Shown here in pieces: positions 18,020 through 25,097 of a stretch of 25,437 nucleotides of DNA. The notes beneath the pieces were generated by a model. That model did no database searches and had not been told where the DNA came from. It saw only the letters and a program-made list of their open reading frames with translations. This DNA comes from a virus (lineage: Duplodnaviria > Caudoviricetes). The position numbers were made by a program, and so were the translations under genes. The stretch spans positions 1-25,437 of the IMG/VR virus record IMGVR_UViG_3300021124_000031; one strand, 5' to 3'. How positions within the stretch are numbered: the stretch's first letter is position 1; each line of letters starts with the position of its first letter.

Positions 18020-20091
18020 TAAAATTTAACACCATATATGTTTTCAGAAACATCTTTTAATATTTCCAAACAATCAGGTAGAATCTGTAATGTTTCAGTT
18101 CCAGAGCGTATATAATTCCATGCAAACCAATTGTATTCAATGTTTTCTTCATTTAATTGTATATCTGGAAATAAACTTGGTAAAAATTTTGGTGGTAATT
18201 CACAAATAAACCCGACAAATCCATTTATTGTGCATTGAACCTCTGAATTGTCCAATTCCATTTTTAATCCAGTTTCTTCTTCAAATTCTCTTTCAGCTGC
18301 TTGAATAGCTATTTCGCCTTTCTCTATTTTGCCACCAGGAAAAGCCCAAAGACCATTATCAGCTCTTTTGCAAAGAAGTAGCCAATCTTTACTTGTCAAC
18401 AAAATACCAGCAGCAACAGGCATAGCAGAATCTCCAACTTTATTTAATGGTTTTACTTTTTCAGATTTTAATTGGCTACTTTGGATTGATTTCCCTTCTC
18501 CAGCTCCATTTCTTTCTTTACCTGACAATTTTCTATTATCAATTGGCTCATTGCCAACAAAACCATTGCTATTGTAAGCTGGCAAACCTTGATAATTATC
18601 CATTCTTTCATTTGGGTATTCTCCGAGTTCAAGCATTGGTGGTGGCTGCAATCTTGCTTTTTCCAAATCTTCATCAGTAATATTGGTAAATATACCACTT
18701 TTCTTGCTACTTTGTTTCAATTCTTTCATAGCAGTATATGGAGTTATCAATCCTGATTCAACAGCTTTTGATACTGAATCGACAACTTTATTTGATAAAT
18801 CGGCTTTTTCAACGTCAGTAAGCTGCCATAAAGAACCAAAAGCTATATCAAAATCATCTGGTATTTCAATTCCTAAATTGTATAAAGTCAGTTTATATAT
18901 GTTTGAAACATCTGTTCTTAGTTCATTTTCACGTCTTAAATCAATACTGTCATAGTAGTTTCTAAGGTCAGTGTCACCTGTACTAAAGCCAGCTGGTGAT
19001 TGTCCAAATAATCTTACTAATGGAATTTGCTCAGAACCACTAACCTGTTCCATAAAACGTATCAAAATATCAGATAAGCCACCGAACGCGCCATGAGTAT
19101 CAGTGACTAATTCATCTTCCAAATCCATCAAGGTCATGCCTTCAGAATTTTGAAACCTTCTCATCATGTTAATTTGATTTATCAAACCTGCCATTGCAGT
19201 TGATGAACCAGTTTGGATTTCTCTGAATCCTTTAATTTTATAGTTTCTGAGATAAGACTTGTAGACTAATTGAGCTGCGCCAGTTGTTGCTGAGTCAAAG
19301 GCTGTTAATCTGTCATAAACTCTTTCCAATACAGATTCACCCCATAAATTTTCCATAACAGCTTGCCAATAAGGTAATTGCACACCAAGGAATCTTATCA
19401 CTCGCGTGTGATGGATTTTTTGACCTACCATTATTGGTGCCATTGAATTCAACCGATACCACTTTGGTTTGCCCAAATCTGGTCCAAGTTCAGTGACTAA
19501 ATTCATTACATCTGGCTCAACCATCCACCTGTCAAGAGCTATAACACCTTTGAATTCACCAGGATTAATAGGAACGTCAAAATTTAACGGGTCTGACATT
19601 TTTTGGTCTGCTATAAGAATGACTAATAGACCACCACCATATAGTCTACCCCACTTAATTGCATCTGATATTTGATGCCAAACCCTGTTTTTGGTTAACC
19701 ACTTAGTCGCTCTTGCCGCATCTTTAGGTTCAATTTCACCAAGAAATTCTGCGCCAGTTCGCGTCATGTCCTCGGCAATCGTGTCAATTAGCTTACCAGC
19801 CAACCAACTTCCACGATACATCCATTCAAGTACCGTTCTTTGTCGTGTTATTGGATTGAAACCGTATGTTGCCGTTGTTAGCGGATTGTCAGCTCCAATG
19901 CCCATGTTCTGTTCATAATTAACAAAACTGTCAGTCGTTCTAAAAGATTCACCACCTTCATCTTTTTCAGAACTTTCACCGTTATTTTTAGCGTCATTTT
20001 CACGCATTATCTTAAATAACAGTTCTTCATCAGATATTGCCTTACTGCGAGCATTTTTAAAACCAGATTTTTTCTTAGTCATAAATTCCAT
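18019..20091 (-). CDS. Portal protein (DUF1073-like) with C-terminal Nudix hydrolase domain
   Basis: 690 aa; YRGSWL....ID..AEDMTR, WGRLYGG, LDRW, IP.VRLFGQSPAGFSTGD.D.RNYYD, LWQL. From about residue 557 a Nudix domain with G-KIEKG-E-IAIQAAE-RE-F-E-EE-T-G-L. Confidence 0.92.
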   Translation of the reverse strand: MEFMTKKKSGFKNARSKAISDEELLFKIMRENDAKNNGESSEKDEGGESFRTTDSFVNYEQNMGIGADNPLTTATYGFNPITRQRTVLEWMYRGSWLAGKLIDTIAEDMTRTGAEFLGEIEPKDAARATKWLTKNRVWHQISDAIKWGRLYGGGLLVILIADQKMSDPLNFDVPINPGEFKGVIALDRWMVEPDVMNLVTELGPDLGKPKWYRLNSMAPIMVGQKIHHTRVIRFLGVQLPYWQAVMENLWGESVLERVYDRLTAFDSATTGAAQLVYKSYLRNYKIKGFREIQTGSSTAMAGLINQINMMRRFQNSEGMTLMDLEDELVTDTHGAFGGLSDILIRFMEQVSGSEQIPLVRLFGQSPAGFSTGDTDLRNYYDSIDLRRENELRTDVSNIYKLTLYNLGIEIPDDFDIAFGSLWQLTDVEKADLSNKVVDSVSKAVESGLITPYTAMKELKQSSKKSGIFTNITDEDLEKARLQPPPMLELGEYPNERMDNYQGLPAYNSNGFVGNEPIDNRKLSGKERNGAGEGKSIQSSQLKSEKVKPLNKVGDSAMPVAAGILLTSKDWLLLCKRADNGLWAFPGGKIEKGEIAIQAAEREFEEETGLKMELDNSEVQCTINGFVGFICELPPKFLPSLFPDIQLNEENIEYNWFAWNYIRSGTETLQILPDCLEILKDVSENIYGVKF

Positions 20092-20217
20092 CGTTAAATT
20101 GTGTTTAAGGCATTTTTTAGCTTTAGCGCTATATTGCTATTGCTAAAGCGTTAAAGTTGCTCTAGCACGTTTTAAATCGGTTTTTAAGGCATTTTAAAGT
20201 AAAACATTAGGTAAAAA

Positions 20218-21699
20218 TTAAGCGTAGACTTTTTCACCAAGTTTTTCCCAAATAGCCATCAAATTATTGCCGAGCATATCCTTAATTGCATCACAGGTTG
20301 GGTCTATTTGGTCATCATGTAAATGCGTGTCATCAGCAGTAAAAGCTTCAAACTCAGCAATGTAGTCGTTGGTAAATGGAGCGTCTGCTGGAACAAAAAC
20401 ATAACCTGATGATATTGATGGTGAAGCATCAGATACTCTTGTGTACTTGTCATTATGTCTTTCAATAGCTTCAACAGGTATCAAACCATCTTTTCTAATT
20501 TCTTGTATTAGACCAGTTCCAGATGCTTTATCTTCAACTTTCAATTTTCTCAAATCACCGTAAAAATAAGTTTCAAAATAAGGTGATTTATGTTTGTTCC
20601 AAAAACCAATAGCACGGAACTTTAGTTCGTGAGATTCCCACTTACCGCGAATCTGGTCAATAAGATAAATACGATTATATCCTTTTTCTTTCCCCCAACA
20701 TTGAATAACAGAATAGTCATTACTTTCTTTGGTCTTTTGTGCAGTATCGGCATAAAGCATCCTGTATTCTAACATCGGTAATGTTGAATATCTACCAAAC
20801 CAACAGCCTTGTATGATATTACCACCTGGTTGAATTGGTCTTTGTTGATATAAAGAAATCCAAGAGTGTAGTGGCAATAGACTTTTTCTTTCTTCAAGAA
20901 ATGATATTGATTTTAATTCTGGGAATAATGCTTCACCAACTTTTCTAAACTTATCATCTTTTTCAGCGATTGCCGGAAAGTTAAAAACTTTCATTTCACT
21001 TCCAAAAGCTTCCTGCGCTCTTGATAATGGGTCGTCAATGTGCCATCGTGTCATAACAAATAACATTCCTGCTTGGTCACTGAAACGAGTAAAAAAGTCA
21101 TCAGTAAACCAATCCCATATAGCGTTTCTGATGATTTCACTACCGGCAGCGTCACGCCCTTTGATTGGATCATCTATATAGCCAATATCAAGAGATTCAC
21201 CAGTAATCTGACCTTTAACAGTGGTGTTTCTAAAGCACCCATCTTTGTTTATAAACTCAACCAAATCTCTATTTCTTATCGCTCCAAACTTATCATTTGT
21301 TCCTGATGATGATATTTTTGTTTCTGGAAATATTTTTTTGTATTTATCGCTGTCAAATATTCTTTGGAGAGACAAGTTAGCCCTAATTCCAAGCCTTTCA
21401 CTAAATGAAGTGTACATTTGTTTAAAGTCAGGATGTTTACCAGCTACCCAAGAAATCAAATCGACAACAAGAGTTGACTTACCATGTTGTGGTGGAGCTT
21501 CTATTGCATATTTCGGTCTTTGCCCAGCAATTAGTTCTTCATAAAATTGTGTTGCTATTCTAGCAAGTTCTTCAGTAAACCACCCCTGTTCCATTTTTGG
21601 GCGTATATAGCAACGGTAAGCATAAAAGTCATTTCTAGCTTGTTTAATTGCTAATTGCTCTAATAACCAAAGGTCACGCTTTGTTAATGACTGTTCCAT
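20218..21699 (-). CDS. terL: Terminase large subunit
   Basis: Walker A PPQHGKS, Walker B IDDPIK, MTRWH.DD, nuclease DTA.K....NDYS, EDKASG, HDDQ.D. Likely start is ATG 21699 (AAGGA 8 nt upstream) rather than the track start at 21750. Confidence 0.95.
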   Translation of the reverse strand: MEQSLTKRDLWLLEQLAIKQARNDFYAYRCYIRPKMEQGWFTEELARIATQFYEELIAGQRPKYAIEAPPQHGKSTLVVDLISWVAGKHPDFKQMYTSFSERLGIRANLSLQRIFDSDKYKKIFPETKISSSGTNDKFGAIRNRDLVEFINKDGCFRNTTVKGQITGESLDIGYIDDPIKGRDAAGSEIIRNAIWDWFTDDFFTRFSDQAGMLFVMTRWHIDDPLSRAQEAFGSEMKVFNFPAIAEKDDKFRKVGEALFPELKSISFLEERKSLLPLHSWISLYQQRPIQPGGNIIQGCWFGRYSTLPMLEYRMLYADTAQKTKESNDYSVIQCWGKEKGYNRIYLIDQIRGKWESHELKFRAIGFWNKHKSPYFETYFYGDLRKLKVEDKASGTGLIQEIRKDGLIPVEAIERHNDKYTRVSDASPSISSGYVFVPADAPFTNDYIAEFEAFTADDTHLHDDQIDPTCDAIKDMLGNNLMAIWEKLGEKVYA

Positions 21700-22261
21700 C
21701 AATAGCGTCCTTTTCACTTTGTTTTTTAAACATTGTCGTTGGAAGTCCACGTTTTGATAATTCTTCCATCAACTTCTCTTGTGATAATTCAATATTTAAA
21801 TCTTCATCTTCAAAGTCACCTTCACTTCCTAATTCAACAGTTCTTAGATAACCTTCATTGTATTTTTTTATGACTACGTTACCTTGCCAACCATATTTTT
21901 GTTTCATGATTAAGGCATAGGTAGATTGAGAGCCCTTTCCAGTTGTAACCATTAATTGACCAGCATCTTCCCACCAACACTGTTCCAACATTTTTGCCAT
22001 CTCAAAGACTTCTTTGAAATGTTCATCTTCTCTGGAAAATTTTCTAAAAGTGTCACTATGTATTCCAAGTAAAACGCACCACCGTGATATTCCTTTTCCT
22101 TCTTGAGCTGAATCTAAGATTATAGTTTCCCAATCACTAGGTAACTCATCCATAGTGATTTTAAATCTGGTGGTTCTTTTTTTTGAGTCAACTAATTTTA
22201 ATGGTGGATTAAAAGTCCAGTCTACTTTTTCATCTTTTTTGTTTCTACCGTTTTCTGCCAT
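21674..22261 (-). CDS. terS: Terminase small subunit
   Basis: 195 aa overlapping the terL start; HTH-like G.GI...C..LGI...TF..F......F, then A....Q.WWE..G and MK...GW. Confidence 0.75.
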   Translation of the reverse strand: MAENGRNKKDEKVDWTFNPPLKLVDSKKRTTRFKITMDELPSDWETIILDSAQEGKGISRWCVLLGIHSDTFRKFSREDEHFKEVFEMAKMLEQCWWEDAGQLMVTTGKGSQSTYALIMKQKYGWQGNVVIKKYNEGYLRTVELGSEGDFEDEDLNIELSQEKLMEELSKRGLPTTMFKKQSEKDAIDGTVINKA

Positions 22262-23057
22262 TTCTTAATTTCTCAATAAATTTTTGCAAATCACCATTTT
22301 TCTTTTTATTTTTGTAGATTATTGTTTTCTTACCATTAATCATCCACCTTTTGTCACTTCCAGTGACACCTTCTTTGTAAAGTCTTTCAAATCCATTTTG
22401 TTCCAATGCGCTGTTTATTTTTGGAGATATTACTTTTATTTTACACCCAAGTTCTATTAACTCGCTAGTTATTTGCTGGGTTGATACAAATTCTTTCTTT
22501 TTGTGTTTTTGAAATACATAATTAAAAACTTTCCAGTCGTCATATCTTTTAAATTCATAGCCTGTCTTTCTTTTACCTTTCTTGTCAAATTTTGGTTCAA
22601 TTATATGCTCTGGAATAGCACTGCCATCCATGTAGATACTCACTAGATAATCTATTCCGTTTTTTCTAAATTTTGTTCTAGTGGTTTTCTTATACATATA
22701 ATAAAAACCATCTTTACCAGATTTAAATTTTATTGGTGTATTGTAGCGTTCATCTTTAATTCTCACATAATCATTTATTCTCATAAATGTTATAAAACGG
22801 ATAGGACAACCATCTTTGTTAACTGGTTTAAATTCCATCTCATTTTCATTTAGCAATTCTTTTTTAAATATTTTTTCAGTTATGTATTCTAAAGATTTAA
22901 GTTTTTCATTGCTGTTTAAAAAATTTGAAAATACAGATAATATTTCAATTATTTCTGGATTTTCATTTACTTTCTCAATAAATTTCGATTTTGCCATGAT
23001 TTTTGTGCTAAAAAACAGGTACTTTTGCGGATTGCTTTTGTACTCGTTTTTTAGCAT
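22245..23057 (-). CDS. Lys-rich hypothetical protein, possible DNA-binding (winged-helix-like C-terminus)
   Basis: 270 aa, overlaps the terS start; start uncertain (alternative ATG at 22997). C-terminal VST..I...L.......I..AL...GF.R......R pattern. Confidence 0.5.
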   Translation of the reverse strand: MLKNEYKSNPQKYLFFSTKIMAKSKFIEKVNENPEIIEILSVFSNFLNSNEKLKSLEYITEKIFKKELLNENEMEFKPVNKDGCPIRFITFMRINDYVRIKDERYNTPIKFKSGKDGFYYMYKKTTRTKFRKNGIDYLVSIYMDGSAIPEHIIEPKFDKKGKRKTGYEFKRYDDWKVFNYVFQKHKKKEFVSTQQITSELIELGCKIKVISPKINSALEQNGFERLYKEGVTGSDKRWMINGKKTIIYKNKKKNGDLQKFIEKLRNGRKR

Positions 23058-23122
23058 AAAGTTAATGCATTAAAACGCTAGTTTTTTGATAAATGTACCT
23101 GTTTTTTGTTGTTTTTTATGAG

Positions 23123-23276
23123 AAAAAAGCACCGAGTCCGTGTTGAACCGTGTTACTTATATAGTGCTTATATAGCTAATAAAATAATTACGTTTTACTA
23201 CTAAAATAATTTATTTTATTTAAAATCTTTAGTAGGGTATATGTAACACGGTTCAACACGGACTCGGTGCTTTTTT
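23123..23276. repeat. Perfect 34-bp inverted repeat flanking an 86-bp AT-rich spacer
   Basis: AAAAAAGCACCGAGTCCGTGTTGAACCGTGTTAC (23123-23156) and its exact reverse complement (23243-23276). Confidence 0.95.
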
Positions 23277-23293
23277 AGCCTAAAATTTGTGAG

Positions 23294-23394
23294 AAAAGAC
23301 ACTTTTTTTGCAAAAATATGTTAGAGTCGAAGCTAAAAAAGACACTTTTTAGGCTAAAATCCGTTAGAGTAAAGACAAAAAAGACCCTTTTTTT
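23294..23394. repeat. Three iteron-like direct repeats, 42-43 bp period
   Basis: AAAAGAC(A/C)CTTTTT with GAC at 23298, 23341 and 23383; GTTAGAGT at 23320 and 23363. Confidence 0.8.
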
Positions 23395-23545
23395 AACACA
23401 AAAACAGGTACACTACTTTTTTGAATTTTTTATGATATTTTTTTGAGAAAAATGGTTTGAATTTTTGCTTCATGGAATTTTAGACAGATAGAGCGTGTGA
23501 AAATGGATTTTTGACCTAGACCCCCTGCCCTGCCCTCTCCGAACG

Positions 23546-23753
23546 TAAGTCCTTGTTTTATAACGATTTTATTTCGGCACGGTATTTGCTAAGGCAAAAT
23601 CTATGCCGGAGTGCTCTCCCCTGCTCTCTTCCGAACTTAAGCTATTGTTTTATAACAACTTTTATAAGTCCTTGTTTTATAACGACTTTATTTTTAGGCA
23701 CGCTAATTGCTAAGGCAAAACACATGCCGATTTGTAAGCTATTGTTTTATAAC
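23546..23753 (-). promoter_or_regulatory. Four IHF-like sites, TAAG-N3-TTGTTTTATAAC
   Basis: Copies start at 23546, 23638, 23665 and 23735. The reverse complement reads AAACAA-N4-TTA versus the IHF consensus WATCAA-N4-TTR (one mismatch). Confidence 0.55.
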
Positions 23754-24037
23754 GGGTTTTGTTTTTCGAGTCAATTCCGTGCTATTCACCCCTAAAAAAA
23801 TAACCCTAAAAAAATAACGGCACACTAATTGCTAATAGCAATTCCTATGCCTAAAATTTTCGAGTCAAAAACAGACAGAGAAAATAAATTTGCAGTCTAT
23901 CGTATTTTGTGTTAGGTAAAAAGTCGGCACGGATTTTGCTAATAGCAAGGTTTATGCCTAAAAAAATAGGTGGATAGGACGGATATGTACTAGGGTAAAT
24001 AACGGCACGGCTTTTGCTATTAGCAAGGTTTATGCCG
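23575..24037. promoter_or_regulatory. Five dyad elements, each made of two facing sigma54-type -24/-12 boxes
   Basis: GGCAC-N5-TTGC-N4/5-GCAA-N5-ATGCC at 23575-23608, 23696-23729, 23818-23852, 23925-23959 and 24003-24037; GG-N10-GC spacing exact in all ten half-sites. Confidence 0.7.
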
Positions 24038-24234
24038 ACATTTGCCGTTTGTTGTACAGGCTTATGACCGGCAATGTTTGCGGTCGGATTTGACTCGATT
24101 GCCTATATGTTAAATGCTCTAAAACGCTCTACGCTTGCCGTTACGCGACAAAAATAAAAAAGCTATACATTAGCATTAGTCCGTTGCTAATCGTTGTATA
24201 TAGCGCTCTAATATCTTAGAAAATAAGGCTTTTA

Positions 24235-24312
24235 TAATTCGATTTAAGACACGAAAATTTTTAACCTGTACCTTAGTACACGTTTTTAAAAGTCTAGGCT
24301 TAAATCGAATTA
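24235..24312. repeat. Long hairpin with 14-bp perfect outer arms
   Basis: TAATTCGATTTAAG (24235-24248) / CTTAAATCGAATTA (24299-24312), with an inner TGTAC-ctta-GTACA. Confidence 0.8.
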
Positions 24313-24370
24313 CGAAAAATTTGCAATCGTTGTGCAATTATGTTAAGCACAAATTCGAGTCAATCGCAAA

Positions 24371-24441
24371 AAAATAAAAACACTTGTTAGCGAGTCAATC
24401 GCTAAAATTTAGACAAAAAAATACCCGCTAAAAAGCGGGTA
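24371..24441. repeat. Direct-repeat block, copy 1
   Basis: AAAATAAAAACACTTGTTAGCGAGTCAATCGC...AAAATTTAGACAAAAAAATACCCGCTAAAAAGCGGGTA; repeated at 24980-25084. Confidence 0.9.
24415..24441 (-). terminator. Rho-independent terminator
   Basis: Minus strand TACCCGC-TTTTTA-GCGGGTA followed by T7; about 20 nt after the stop of 24464..24853. Confidence 0.85.
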
Positions 24442-24463
24442 CTAAGTCCGTGTGCTGTTATTG

Positions 24464-24853
24464 CTAGATGCTACCACATTGGTAGCAAGCTCCAAAAGAA
24501 TGTCCTTGTGGTACAACGATGTCTCCACCGCAAAAACCACATGCACCGACATGAATTGTGTCGGTTTCTAAAATTTCACCAGCGCGGCAAGATTCAGCCG
24601 ATTGTACAACAACAGCATGGTCGTTGTCGTTGTCGTTGTCGTCATTGCCAGAACTAGCATCACCACTAACTGCAGCTATTTTGTGCAGTTCATTAACAAT
24701 GGTCTCCCAGCCTTCCATGCAGCCACCAACATTAGCTAATGTTGGTGGCAGACCGTTCACTCTGTGCAAGTGAACTTCCGTTCCTTTTCTGGTCAAGAAA
24801 AGGTCTGCTGTGCACTCAAAAGTGCCGAATTGTGTTTCAACATTGTATTTCAT
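24464..24853 (-). CDS. Small hypothetical protein with C-terminal zinc ribbon
   Basis: Likely start is ATG 24853 (AAGGTG 6 nt upstream); acidic NDDNDNDND linker; CGFC...CYQC; has its own promoter candidate and terminator. Confidence 0.7.
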   Translation of the reverse strand: MKYNVETQFGTFECTADLFLTRKGTEVHLHRVNGLPPTLANVGGCMEGWETIVNELHKIAAVSGDASSGNDDNDNDNDHAVVVQSAESCRAGEILETDTIHVGACGFCGGDIVVPQGHSFGACYQCGSI

Positions 24854-24941
24854 TGTAAGCACCTTGCCGGATAATCCGGCGATTAAATTTAAAAAAACTT
24901 AGATAGACATCTATCTAAGTGATAAAACAAATTACGGCTTA

Positions 24942-24969
24942 ATAATAACAAATAAAAATAAAAAAACAA
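24942..24969 (-). promoter_or_regulatory. Putative sigma70 promoter for the zinc-ribbon gene
   Basis: TTGTTT-16 nt-TATTAT with an extended -10 TGn and AT-rich upstream sequence. Confidence 0.5.
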
Positions 24970-24979
24970 GTACATTTTT

Positions 24980-25084
24980 AAAATAAAAACACTTGTTAGC
25001 GAGTCAATCGCAAATTCGAGTCAATCGCAAATTCGAGTCAATCGCAAAAATTTAGACAAAAAAATACCCGCTAAAAAGCGGGTA
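24980..25084. repeat. Direct-repeat block, copy 2, with a 17-bp unit expanded to three copies
   Basis: Same block as 24371-24441 but CGAGTCAATCGCAAA(TT) occurs at 25000, 25017 and 25034. Confidence 0.9.
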
Positions 25085-25086
25085 TT
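25058..25086 (-). terminator. Rho-independent terminator (copy of the 24415 terminator)
   Basis: TACCCGC-TTTTTA-GCGGGTA plus T7 on the minus strand. Confidence 0.8.
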
Positions 25087-25097
25087 AATTACGAGTC

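Noticed and set aside
23122-23276. Resemblance of GCACCGAGTC / TCGGTGCTTTTTT to the 3' hairpin of the SpCas9 tracrRNA
   Set aside because: The match is short, the local hairpin does not form within one arm, and there is no anti-repeat or nexus. It is explained by the long inverted repeat and is probably coincidental.
23553-23795. 80-aa plus-strand ORF in the repeat region
   Set aside because: Non-ATG start, made of the DNA repeats themselves, no RBS, implausible composition.
23575-24037. CRISPR array (34-35-bp palindromic repeats)
   Set aside because: Repeats are degenerate at fixed internal positions, gaps are 43-88 bp and themselves contain repeats, and no cas genes are present.
24332-24363. 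TTGACT...CATAAT as a sigma70 promoter
   Set aside because: Spacer is only 15 nt and no ORF follows; kept only as part of the CGAGTCAA motif finding.
273-24773. All plus-strand ORFs in the track (e.g. 7932..8273, 15664..15990, 17424..17732, 21221..21544, 24558..24773)
   Set aside because: They are antisense shadows of well-supported minus-strand genes, with no recognisable motifs.
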